A stretch of 64,000 bases of DNA from NCBI GenBank assembly GCA_004764695.1, contig SMSO01000037.1:3386747-3450746 (forward strand). Reading direction: 5' to 3'. This DNA comes from Schizochytrium sp. TIO01. Taxonomy: Eukaryota; Protista; Bigyra: Labyrinthulomycetes. A program made the position numbers and the translations under genes. The notes beneath the pieces are model-generated. The model was not told the DNA's origin. It made no database searches and saw only the letters and a program-made list of their open reading frames with translations. Positions 11,686 to 22,759 of the stretch are shown in pieces; position 1 is the stretch's first letter, and each line of letters begins with the position of its first letter.

Positions 11686-12715
11686 TGACGCCACTCCAAC
11701 CCTACACTGACGTGCTCCAAATCCAAATCGACGCTGGGGACCGTGACGTCGACGGCGTCAACATTGGCGCTGTCGAGGGAGTTCCTGCCACGAAGTCATC
11801 ATATGCTCACTCACTCACTCCACTCACTCCGCGAGACGAAGGAGAGGGAGGCCGTGATCAATCCGAGCCTGCACTCGCCTCCTCGACTTGACGACGACTT
11901 GACGCCGCGACCTGCCTGCCTGCTTCAGGGCGGTGGAGGGTCTCGCGCTGCGAGTTCTATCAAGAGCTGAGATTTGCCGGTTCTTCGAGCTGCAGTCCAA
12001 GTCGAAGGATAGGACAATGACGCTCTAGTAAAACGAAGTTCGTCTGCTGCAAATGTAATGCATGCAAAACAAAGTAACGGTGGAATTGGTGTTGGTGCAG
12101 TTTGGAGCAGTTTGCGGATGCTGCTCCAGCCATGGCGCCGGAAGAGCGCTGAGGACGCTCGTCCTGCGCGGCGGCGGCGGGAGGGGGCGTATTTGGGTTC
12201 CTCGCGGAAGATGGCAGGGCTAGTTCCGAACTTGAGGTAGCTAGCTACAGCTGGAGCCGAGCATGCGATGCGGAGCTTTGCTGATGTAAAGCGGGAGCTC
12301 GCTGGAGCAGTGTAAAGGGCGGCGAATCGCTGCTGTGAGCCTGGCTACCCAGAACAACGAGCACAAGGATGCGCAGTGAAGCGCTTGAGCGGTGAATGTC
12401 TGCAGATTCTAAGTAACAGTAGTGCGGGTCAAACCCCATAGGTAAAAACTCAGAGTTAAATAAAAATAGAACGATTCTTTGATTGCGATACCGAGTTTCG
12501 ATATACTCTAAATGTACACATGAAGCGCGAGTTGGGCAGAATCTGCGCCAGAGTAAGCTGGGCGAGCCTGGATTGTGCTTCGAAGAGGATGCGTTTGCGG
12601 GAGGGTTAAAACTTGGAAAAGATAACTGTAGGTACCTACCTACCTGCCTTCCTTCCTTCCTTCCTACCTACCCAACTATACATACTAAAGGGCCGCGCTG
12701 GCGGTGCCTTGTGGC

Positions 12716-14515
12716 CTAGGTCTTGGCAGCGTGCTTCGTAGCTGCCTCGAGAGCCTCACAGATTGCACGGTTGACCGAAGCATGTCTAGTTGGATTTGAC
12801 AGGTTCATCACAATCTTTCTGCCGCAGCCCTCGTGAGATGGAAGCACAAGTGCAAGGCCAGGAATCATTGCATGCCCATGCCCCGACGGTTCCTGCACAG
12901 AGATAACTCGATCTGCGCCAAACTTGGCAGAAAACCAGGAACTCACGCCAAGTTTGAGCTCGGTATCAGCACAGGGCCCAATGTTTGCTGACTTGGGACT
13001 CGTTTCAGAGTCCCCCACAGGCTTGACATCAGCGTTCGCTGAATCGGTTTTGAGGTCCTCCTTGCAAATGCCATGCTCTGTGGTATCCACCTTGGCCTCG
13101 AGGGGGCAATTTACAGAGCTTGCGGATTGCTCTCCTAAAATAGTCGTGTTTCTCTTCGCCATTTGAGAAGAAGTGCTCGGGATGCGTGTTTCAAGACACC
13201 ACGAATTGAACAGAACACCCCCATTCATGAAGGCGTCGGAAAAGGGTCTGCTCATTGCAGCCTCCCGAGCGCGCTGATGATGCCGCAATGATGCATGGAG
13301 ACGGTACTCGGCGTCAAGATCTGAGCTGTTGAGACTTCGCCGCACCTCTTTGTGAGTAAGATAAACAGATTCGCCAAGCCATTCCGCAACAGTTCTTTTA
13401 CTCCGTGGCTTCAATGTAACCTCACCTAAAATACGCACAATTGGATTGCCAGCGGTAAATTCAGATGGAAAGAACTCAGAACGAGCACGGATACTCACCA
13501 CTTGAGCGAAAGGAACTGCAATGCCTTCTTCCTTACGATGGGTGTCGTTATCAGTACCGCCATTGTTGCAGCTATTATTGACTGCTGCACAAGCGCTCTT
13601 CGCATTCACGTCAGCCAGGCCTTGTAAGACTAGAGCCATAATAATTTCATGAGTTGATGCCCATGAACCTGACTTTTTGAGACATTCAGAATGTACAAAA
13701 TCCTTTAGAATCGAGACTTGTGCAGGATCTAAATCAATTGTCTGCTCCACGTCCTTTAGAGCTGTCTGTGATTCTGTGCAAGCTTGACCTAAGGCAGCGT
13801 CGAATACATCATTTGCACTAGTGTCGTTTGGGTGTGTGCTAAAATTCATGAGCTTGCATAAACGAAGTTCTTCTGAAGAGTTTAGAGCTGGCGCAGGAGG
13901 CACCTTTGTAGATTTATGCAGAGGCCAATTTTGTTGGAAAATATCGAGCTCTGTATCTGAAGCGGATTGTGTACATGCAGACCATAAATTGACAAAGTGG
14001 CACATTGTTGTTGCGTCAAAAAGATAATGGCACCCAGCTAAAACAAAGCGAGCTCGCCATCTGCGATCGCGATCGCTACTTCCCGTGTCTTCTTTGTTCG
14101 GGAAGACCTGCACTGCAGCTATCAACATCCGAGAACCAAAAACCTTGCCATCTTTTGACCCAGGAATGGGCAGAGAAGGAGCAGTTAACTCTTGATCAAG
14201 GTCATAGATTCGTAACTCAGCGGCGCAGTCTGTACGTAAAGCCTCAAGTCTCCATGTACGCTCATCCTCTTCATTGGAGGCCAGAACACGTGCCCCAGCA
14301 AGCGGGAAGCAGCTTAGTGCACGAGCAAGGCCTTTACGTATGGTATCAGCTCCCTGTTTACCACGAAGGTGGTCAGCTTTTTCAAGATTGATTTCTACGC
14401 AGTTTGGAAACCGTGCGGTGATGATATCTGCACCATCAAGTTCAGAGACGATCTTCTCTTCGCATGGCGGAGGGTCTGCATGGACTAGACCGTGCCAGAG
14501 CTTCGCCGTTTCCAT
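12716..14515 (-). CDS. HXXXD-type (BAHD/transferase-like) CoA-dependent acyltransferase
   Basis: 599-aa intronless ORF: LARALSCFPLAGARV (typical N-terminal segment), catalytic CHYLFDATTMCHFVNLWS (HxxxD), STHEIIMALV, VSIRAR...GN, and FNSW...AKFG as a degenerate DFGWG region. Confidence 0.7.
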   Translation of the reverse strand: METAKLWHGLVHADPPPCEEKIVSELDGADIITARFPNCVEINLEKADHLRGKQGADTIRKGLARALSCFPLAGARVLASNEEDERTWRLEALRTDCAAELRIYDLDQELTAPSLPIPGSKDGKVFGSRMLIAAVQVFPNKEDTGSSDRDRRWRARFVLAGCHYLFDATTMCHFVNLWSACTQSASDTELDIFQQNWPLHKSTKVPPAPALNSSEELRLCKLMNFSTHPNDTSANDVFDAALGQACTESQTALKDVEQTIDLDPAQVSILKDFVHSECLKKSGSWASTHEIIMALVLQGLADVNAKSACAAVNNSCNNGGTDNDTHRKEEGIAVPFAQVVSIRARSEFFPSEFTAGNPIVRILGEVTLKPRSKRTVAEWLGESVYLTHKEVRRSLNSSDLDAEYRLHASLRHHQRAREAAMSRPFSDAFMNGGVLFNSWCLETRIPSTSSQMAKRNTTILGEQSASSVNCPLEAKVDTTEHGICKEDLKTDSANADVKPVGDSETSPKSANIGPCADTELKLGVSSWFSAKFGADRVISVQEPSGHGHAMIPGLALVLPSHEGCGRKIVMNLSNPTRHASVNRAICEALEAATKHAAKT

Positions 14516-15391
14516 AATCTCGAAACCTGAAGATAGCCAACACTTCTCAATGTTGCTCGTAGCTATTATGAAGACTTATGAGCTATCGCAAATTGTGATG
14601 TAGTACTTGTATAGAGCTCCACACAGATTGATGGAATTAGTTTTTCGCTAGATAGCTCACTGAAGAGGTGTCTCGGTCGTTTGGTTTGAGTCCACCACAA
14701 GGTAGTTGATGTCCTTCTTCGACTTTGCCGACCGTACTCGTTTTGAAACAACGTTGTCTATCAAGCAACCAAACTACCTGACCTGGACAATGTTCACTAC
14801 TTCTCAGCTTGAGGATTGGGTCCGCTTTGCTCTGGATACGGGTCAATTTCCAACGTCAGGGAACGAGTTCTGTCATGATATTAATTGCTCCCTGGAACGT
14901 CTAGATCAAACAGGAACACTCAGAACATATAGAACATATAGAATAGAGTAGAACATCTGGCACAGAGGGCACGTGCACAACTTGGAGGTGAATACTCATG
15001 GATGTGTCAATAAATTGACGGTATAGTCAGGATTTGCGTTTGTCGTAGCAGACCTGGAATAGTGAAGCTCGCGTATGCTGCTCGTCGTGGGAGGACTCAC
15101 AATATTCTTCCATTTCCCGACGCTGGAATCCTGTCATCTCAATAGAGAGAGGTACTGACCGAGACGGGGTGTGAAAAGAATCACACATCTGCGCTGGGTC
15201 CGTAGACTGCAAGGTGACTTGTCTGCTGGGTGAGCTTTGACTGCAGTTTTCAATCATCCACGTTTGCTCACGGAGGCTCATTGTGCAATTACCTTACTGT
15301 GGTCGGGCGGTAAAACGCATCTCCCATTGGTGAACTGCAACGAAGGATTCATCGCGTGGTCGAGACGTGATATCTCTAGAACATATACATC

Positions 15392-16414
15392 ATGACAACA
15401 AGCACTGTTGCGAGCCAAGAGGAGCAAGCTGCACTTGAAAAACTTGTTGTAGAACTTGCAAAAACCCCGCCCACATTACCAGGCCGGGAGTGGCTTCTGA
15501 ACGAGGCTGGCGAGCTTACATACCTTCGATTCCTTCGAGGCCATCAACTGCGAGTGAAGAAGGTTGTTAAGCTTCTCAAGAACACTGCTCGCTGGCGTGT
15601 TGAATACGGCACAAACGATATCACTAAAACATGGCCTTTGGTACAGACCTTTGAAGCACGACTTATTCGTAATCACTGGCCTATGGCTGTAACTGGAAAA
15701 GACTTCGACCAACGACCGGTGCACTATTTTCATATGGCTCATGTGGATTTCCCAGCGCTGGTTGAGAACGTTGGTGTTGATATACTTGTCCGCCACAATG
15801 TTTACCTAATGGAGATGGCTCTTCAGGAAAATCCCCGTGGCGAGGCCATCATGATCGTTGATCTAGGAACGCACAAGGGCCTTGGGGCATTCTCGTTCCT
15901 CAGTTTGACTAAATGGCTCCAAGCAGTTGTCCAGTTTGTGAAGGCCATGGCAAAGATTGCAGACCCTTATTACCCCGAGTCTTACTTTCGGATTTATTTT
16001 ATACGCGTACACAAGGTCTTTGAAAAAATGTATAAGACCATGAGTAGCAATCTAGCAGAAAATACTTTGAGCAAGGTTCAAGTCCTTCCCGAAGAAGGTA
16101 TGTTTGAAGCTTTGCTTGAAGACATTCCTAAAGAAAGTCTTCCAGAGACATTAGGAGGAGAATCCAAGGTCGTATTTGCTAAAGGCGGGCTTATTTCGGA
16201 TGAAGACCTTTTAATTGCTCGTGAAGGTGCTGTTCTTGCAACAGAAGAGCTAGATGCAGAAGATGATCAACCTACGACCCAGACCGCTGTAAACTCGGCG
16301 ACTTCGCCAGCAGCTGGGCCGGGGACTGTAACAGCACCATCGGATAAGCCACGGCAGTCTATCCGCAAGTCAATTGTCAAGCGTATCAGTAAAGTTGTGG
16401 CGAAAAAGAACTGA
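15392..16414 (+). CDS. CRAL-TRIO (Sec14-like) lipid-binding protein
   Basis: YLRFLRGHQLRV...KNTARWR, GKDFDQRPV, IVDLG, DPYYPESYFRIYFI, LLEDIPKESLPETLGG motifs. Confidence 0.92.
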   Translation: MTTSTVASQEEQAALEKLVVELAKTPPTLPGREWLLNEAGELTYLRFLRGHQLRVKKVVKLLKNTARWRVEYGTNDITKTWPLVQTFEARLIRNHWPMAVTGKDFDQRPVHYFHMAHVDFPALVENVGVDILVRHNVYLMEMALQENPRGEAIMIVDLGTHKGLGAFSFLSLTKWLQAVVQFVKAMAKIADPYYPESYFRIYFIRVHKVFEKMYKTMSSNLAENTLSKVQVLPEEGMFEALLEDIPKESLPETLGGESKVVFAKGGLISDEDLLIAREGAVLATEELDAEDDQPTTQTAVNSATSPAAGPGTVTAPSDKPRQSIRKSIVKRISKVVAKKN

Positions 16415-16769
16415 TTCAGAGCTCCTTGTACTTATGTTGATGTTGTTTTGTCTTGATGTTGGTGTTACTTTTAAACAAAATACAATTTTAAATCACACAT
16501 TTTAAATATTGTTGTTCACGTAAAGTCAGTTGTTTCTCTTCTTCAATTGTTTTCATTTTCTTGAAGCCATGTTGTTCTCGGGGTGCTAATTCTAGTTCTT
16601 GTATGTACCTTAATTGTCCTGCACAATATGTGGATCAAGAAGATGAAAATTGATTTTTTTAAAGATCAATTTATGAAGTAAAAGTAAATAATGTTTCATC
16701 AAAGATATTTCCACCTGCGGAAATGAATATTTTACAGAGTGATAGCGCGCTTGTGGCGGTGGGTTAAAT

Positions 16770-18110
16770 TCAAGATTTTGCGTTTCCTGCCATGTCTTGA
16801 GCACTATGAAGAAGGGGTAATACCTTTGCATCTAGATTGGCCTTAACAGTTTCTAAATCTGGTACTTGCCCTTGAAACTGGTCAATAAGACGGTGGCCTA
16901 GCGAGTGCGTTGCCTCTATTTTGAAGTCATCCTGAAGTGCAGACTCATAGCTTTGCCGTTCTTTTCGCATTAAGCTACGGGCAAAACGAGCGTGCTCATC
17001 TCTCAGCCAGTTCCTATGTTCTTCGTCCGCCTCATCTGGGTTGCTCGACTGCAGGAAACAAGATGCCCCAGTGTAGAGTGAACACAAGGTTTTTTGTTTC
17101 AAGCCATTGGATTCATGTCCTTCGGGTTGGGTCTTGCGAAGTCGAAGGTAGGTGCGAACAGAGTTGCGATGATGGGATTGATCTAAGACAAGCAAAGCAT
17201 CGCCCCAACCTTGTTGATGTGCAGCACAACGCATAGTTTCTGCATCCTGTTGATTTGCAGGAAAAAATTGAGCCGAAAACTCCTGTTTTTCACTACGAGT
17301 ACTAGAAGCAAGGTCCGAGAAGAATCGACGCTGTTGTTCAGGTTCGCGAACAAAATGAATTGCCGAGACACTGAGTGCCCAATCAAAACTCTGATCTCGA
17401 AACGGGAGGCCTTGTGTCATATCTGCGAGAACTGTGTCAGCATAGCAAGTAGGCACAAGCTCCAGCATTGCAGGTGCACTATCGATGCCTACGACAAAAG
17501 ATTGAGGTCGGCTCTCGCGTACACTGGCCACACACAGGCCAGAGCCACACGCTACGTCTAAGATCAACTCGCCAGGATCTTTGCTGGCATGCTCTGCGGA
17601 GATAAGATCGAGACAACGATTTGTGAGTCTCTTCTGGGGAATTGTATTCCTCTCTGTATAGATTTGTGCTCTCTCAGCATCATAGTGGTTACTTGCAGAG
17701 AATTCGGTTTGAGCCTCTTCATACCATTGTTTGAGTTCTACAAGTACGTCATCAAATGTGGAGTAAGGGCACGCTGTAGAATCACGCAACGCATTTTCTG
17801 CTGCAAGCGCTCTTTCTGGTGTGAAACGAGGTCTTTTTACAGGAAAAACTGTCCCTGAAGGATCTTGCAGGGCATCAAGGACTGCTTTATTTAATGCTGT
17901 GGAGGTTTGGTTGTCAGACTCTCCAGAGATCTCTTCTCGCCTTCGCTTTACAGACGCCCGATTTCCTTTTTTGCGCTCGTTCACACCACGAAGCATCCAC
18001 TCAACAATCGAGCGCACATCTGTGAGATAAACGCCCTCCACCTCGCCCAGAGTCCGTTGTTTACCAAAGGCCTTCACACGGACAGGTTTTTTGCCCATGT
18101 TGCCGCCCAA
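16770..18110 (-). CDS. BUD23/WBSCR22-like class I SAM-dependent methyltransferase (divergent)
   Basis: AQIYT...QKRLTNRCLDLI, LILDVACGSGL, VGIDSAPAML, DMTQGLPFRDQSFDWALSVSAIHF, AQFFP: the same motif order as Bud23, with atypical N- and C-terminal extensions. Confidence 0.75.
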   Translation of the reverse strand: MGGNMGKKPVRVKAFGKQRTLGEVEGVYLTDVRSIVEWMLRGVNERKKGNRASVKRRREEISGESDNQTSTALNKAVLDALQDPSGTVFPVKRPRFTPERALAAENALRDSTACPYSTFDDVLVELKQWYEEAQTEFSASNHYDAERAQIYTERNTIPQKRLTNRCLDLISAEHASKDPGELILDVACGSGLCVASVRESRPQSFVVGIDSAPAMLELVPTCYADTVLADMTQGLPFRDQSFDWALSVSAIHFVREPEQQRRFFSDLASSTRSEKQEFSAQFFPANQQDAETMRCAAHQQGWGDALLVLDQSHHRNSVRTYLRLRKTQPEGHESNGLKQKTLCSLYTGASCFLQSSNPDEADEEHRNWLRDEHARFARSLMRKERQSYESALQDDFKIEATHSLGHRLIDQFQGQVPDLETVKANLDAKVLPLLHSAQDMAGNAKS

Positions 18111-18141
18111 GTTGCAGGTTTACAGATTCGTCGCTTCCTGC

Positions 18142-18594
18142 AAACTTGTTCTGTTTTAAGCAGCGCCAAAAAGACGTGGACGTGTTTTAGAGACAGAACG
18201 CCCGGCCCAACGCCGAGTCCCTATGCAGTTCGAGGCTGGCTAATCTAGATTTAGAAGTATGGGCTTGATGAGTTGACAGAAAGCCTCCGTCACTTGTGCC
18301 TTTTGATTATTATAGCATTAAAACAATGAAGGACCACTCATTATCAGTATTATATTATCGTCGTGCTAAACTTGTTCTGTTTTTAAGCAGCGCCAAAAAG
18401 ACGTGGACGTGTTTTAGAGACAGAGCGCCCGGCCCAACGCCGAGTCCCTATGCAGTTCGAGGCTGGCTAATCTAGATTTAGAAGTATGGGCTTGATGAGT
18501 TGACAGAAAGCCTCCGTCACTTGTGCCTTTTGATTATTATAGCATTAAAACAATGAAGGACCACTCATTATCAGTATTATATTATCGTCGTGCT
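18142..18594. repeat. Near-perfect 2 x ~226-bp tandem duplication directly upstream of the methyltransferase gene
   Basis: Copy 1 at 18142-18367 and copy 2 at 18368-18594 (aaacttgttctgtttt...attatcgtcgtgct). They differ by about two homopolymer indels and one A/G substitution. Confidence 0.95.
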
Positions 18595-21549
18595 ATTAGG
18601 TAGGTACGTATATGGTTGCAGGTTTTGAGAACACCTACCTTGGTACCTCCAGCGAAGCCTGCAAGTGTTTCGAGCTGGTCGACTTGCGCTTTGCATCAAC
18701 TGTGCCGAGGGCAGGGCCATTCACGAGTTCATGAGTTGGTTGCCACAGCGACTGATAGTTTGCAAAGTATTTCATCGAACCTGATGACTTGGTGTATTAA
18801 GAACCGAGCAAATGATTTTAGCTCTTGGCGAATAATCTGTCATAGCTACCTACCTACATACATATTTCTCAAAGCATGATATCCCTGACCCTCGATCCAA
18901 CTCGGGATTCTCTTGCTTGAGAGTTCCTGAATATAATTTGGTTTTCAATGTGGTCTCTAGAGTAAATGGAAGACACCTTCACGAAGCACAGCCTAAATGA
19001 TTTCATGCATGAGCGCACATACGTGCGGAACTTCCTTTGAGCGTGGCCATGAGCCAAATAATCGCATTAAATATTCACATCCCAATCCGAGTAGTAACCT
19101 CATAATGTCATGGTGGTGATTATATTTCGCCACGATTGTGGCTCTGCCACAGAAGACAACTCCATCAATGGCCACAATGGTGTCTCTTGACATTCTAAAA
19201 CACCACCCCACTTCGACCAAAAGACATTTGAGATGAGCTCACGGCTCCAGTGTTTCATCAAGGTCAAGCTCATCATCTTCATCATCACCATCCCTATCTT
19301 CTTGGTGCTCGCTCAAGTGGAGCAACAGCGAAATGATTCAAGCCAAGATCACGACTTCGCCTTGTTCATAGAACGCGGCCAAGAACAAGAACGATGGCCA
19401 GTGGCATATTCTTTCGAGAAGAAAACTCGATGTGGCAGGAAAGAAAGCCACATGATATTAGTAGAAGGAACATATATATGGTGCAGACTAGGTAGGTAGT
19501 GCTTCCTAGCTGCTGAATGGGCGGATAAAACCACCACTGTTTGTTGTATAAAGTAAAGTGGAGCCTTGAAACATGATAACATAGATCATATGATAGGCCT
19601 AGATGAAAGAAATCTCTGATCGATCATGAATTATGATAGTCACTTGTCGTGCATGATTCTTTTGTGTTTTTGTGTTGGTTATTTAATTTTTATTTATTTA
19701 TTATTTAAAGTTAAAATTTATTATGGGAAAAGCTTGGAACAGAATCGAAGAACTTCAAGAAAAGAACAGTAAAACTTTCGCACGTTCTTTTGTTTTCTCT
19801 ACTTTTTATTGTGTGTGACATGCAAAGTTTTTATTGTTTTGGCTTCAATTGCCCGCTGCATGATTAAAAAGTTCCCCACTCGTGTGAGGAAGGCGAGAGA
19901 GGTGCCGGTGGACATCATTCTTTGCAAGCATGTAATGTCTTTGCAAGCATGTAATGACAAAAGCTCGTTTTGTTTAAATATAATTATAATGAGCTCAAAG
20001 AAATAAGGAATGTGTCACAATTTATAAAACTATCTCTAAAAACAATAAGCACCATGCATCATAGGATTCATCCAGCCATACTATCACTTTATGGAAAGAC
20101 CAAACTCTTCAGGATATCCAAATTTGCCATATTTTGACGTCATTGCCCCATGCAAGACTTCTTCACTAAATTGATATGAATTACGATCATGGCCTCCTCG
20201 TCCATAAACACTGTCAAAAACGATCTTTTTTTCACATTACTAATGTGAGCTGACGTGACTTTCCAGCGAAGCCAAACGATTGAAAAGTAGGAGTAAACTA
20301 GCTCTAGCAAGAGTGAGGATGTTACTATCGTCGTGCGAGATGCCGTTCTAGGTACTCATGCCTATATAACTATGTACCTATGACGAAAATCATCTCCACG
20401 TGACCCTTCTCTAAAACTTTGGTCTAATTTTACCACACTTGGATACTCCTCTTTATTGCAGATATTTGCAAACTTTGCTACTAACCTCCAACTTCTCCAA
20501 ACGGTGGTGCCTTCATAGACGGCAAGATTCTTCAGACAAAAGCAGTAGCTTCGGATCCTCTCTCACGTCTAACCCACGCACTTGTGCTTTCGAGAGCGAT
20601 CAGTTTTGGCAGAACAGATGGCACGGGGGTGAATTCGTCTCGCTATCTGCGAATAGTTTACTTGCGTCACCTATACCCCACTTGGGCCTCGCAATGTCTA
20701 CTTTTTATGGTCTATAATGTACTTTGGGAACCTATAACCTACTTTAAGCAAGTCAGCGCTCAAGTGTGGAAAATGAGTGGATGGGATAAAGAGAAAGGGA
20801 AAGAAGAATCCACAACAGAAAGAAAGAGAGAGAAAGAAAAGGAGAACAACCTGAGGAGAATAGATACTAAGAATGGTCACCTCATAACTTCGTACGCAGC
20901 AAGACAATCGTTGCAGTAAAGCATTTGGGAGCACAGCATCAGAGACAAACAAATGCCAGGGATGCCTCTACGTAGGTACCTGGCAGGCTTTAAAGGCAAT
21001 TAATTACACGATATCCTCTCAGGTGGCACTGCTCGGAAACACAGTCCATTACATGAATCCATACTTTAGTTATTTCTGCTTCTTCACTCATACATACATA
21101 CATGAATAACATGTAAATTGCTCCTCATAAACCCCATGCTTGTGCCGTGGCTTTTGGGTTTCGCTTTGGTGAAGATTGCATCACAGCCCTGCGATGAGAG
21201 CATTGCAATCAGGAGGGCCAGAACGAGCAGCCTTCGAGGAAAGTTAAGTTATGATGCAGTGCAACAAATCAATCAATGAATCAGTGAATCAATGAATCAA
21301 TCAATAGTCCAGAAGCAACAATGCGCATTGATGAGGCAGAACGCAAAGTGCGCTAAACCACATCCTACCGCCCTATCCTACCGTAAACGGTAGTCTTGTG
21401 GGGCAATGGGAAAGACGGCCAATGGACGACCACATACAGTAGAGTATACCGATAGTCTATAGTGCGCTTCGCGTAAACTTCATAGTAAACTTCAAAGAAA
21501 AGGGCACTTCAAACGGAGAGCAGACGGGAAAAAGAAAAGCGATGAGGAT

Positions 21550-21589
21550 GAAAAGAAAAGAAAAGAAAAGAAAAGAAAAGAAAAGAAAA
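21550..21589. repeat. (GAAAA)n pentanucleotide repeat
   Basis: Visible tandem GAAAA units. Confidence 0.9.
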
Positions 21590-22007
21590 AAACACTCTCG
21601 AGAGCAGAAAGAAAAACTATCGCAGAAAGGACCGCTGAGGCAGCGCCACTCCTTCTCGATGCTGCCCTGCGCAGGCCCTGCGATGCCCAGGCAGGCAGGC
21701 AGCGAGGCAGCGAGGCAGCGAGGCAGCGAAGGAAGGGCCTGCGGCAGGCCTCCCGGCCTCTGTCTGCCAGTGTCGGCGGCGGCAGCAGCAGGCGGGGCAA
21801 GGAGCGCTGCCAGGGTTGGTGGCGCTTGCTTCTTTCTTCTGAGTCCAATAATGAATAAATGAAAGAATGAAAGAAAGAAAGAATGAAAGAATGAAAGAAT
21901 GAATGAATGAATGAATGAAAGTATTTTATTTTAACTTTCTTTGATGTCATGAAAACTTCATTTTTCAAAGTTCATTTGAAGTACAGTATCGAAATGGTTT
22001 GTATTCT

Positions 22008-22101
22008 TTGTCTGTATTGTCTGTATTGTCTGTATTGTCTGTATTGTCTGTATTGTTTGTATTGTTTGTATTGTCTGTATTGTTTGTATTGTTTGTATTG
22101 T
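22008..22101. repeat. (TGTATTGT[C/T])n 9-bp minisatellite
   Basis: About 10 tandem 9-bp units; source of the spurious TIQ, TDN and VLS repeat ORFs. Confidence 0.92.
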
Positions 22102-22436
22102 ATATATATTGTTTATATTGTTTAGAGTATGAGATTCTTGCGAACAAGAATTTCTTTCTTTCTTTCGATGATCTGTTTTGTGAAGAACCAAAAAAGAACG
22201 GCCCCAAAAGAACAGAAGGAGCTGCTGCCTGCCAAAGCAGCAGAAGAATTAGGCGCGAGAATCATGCACCGCGACCACAGACAGAATGAGATTGGCATCG
22301 ACGGTCGCACGAGGCCACCGCCTCTGCGCAGCGGCTCTCCCCCAAATTGCAGGTGCCTCGCGGAGAGTCGCCGCGATGCGGATGGAGCGAATTTGGCCTT
22401 CTTCAGCCAATGATGCGGAAGACCGTCGTAGAAAGA

Positions 22437-22502
22437 AATGAATGAATGAATGAATGAATGAATGAATGAATGAATAAATAATGAATAAATGAATAAATGA
22501 AT
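22437..22502. repeat. (GAAT)n microsatellite upstream of TOM40
   Basis: Tandem atgaatgaatga...; a similar tract lies at 21850-21918. Confidence 0.9.
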
Positions 22503-22759
22503 AGTTGAGTCTTCTTTTTAGGTGGAGATGCGGCGAGGACGAGGGGTAGGGTCCGGCTAGGTAAAAGGGTAGGGTAGAATGGAACACTTGCGGAAAAGAA
22601 CGCGAGAAGGGCGCTGCTGATGGATTGATTAGGCCTCGAATAGTTGTCGTCTAGAGCAGACGAAGGAGAAATCGCAAAGCTCTTGGCGCAGAGCAGACCT
22701 CGATTCGTGGACGAAGTTCGAAGCTCGAAGTTCGTTCGTTCGTCCGTTCCCCAGGCACC

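Noticed and set aside
11130-11891. Poly-Ala (198 aa) and poly-Cys (185 aa) ORFs
   Set aside because: Driven by the GCT repeat and other microsatellites in GC-rich DNA; no domain signal, so not called as genes.
18142-18594. Tandem repeat read as a CRISPR array, snoRNA pair or hammerhead ribozyme (TTGATGAG...GAAA)
   Set aside because: Only two long copies with no spacers. The hammerhead core is not CUGANGA with a properly spaced stem II and GAAA, and I found no matching C/D box pair.
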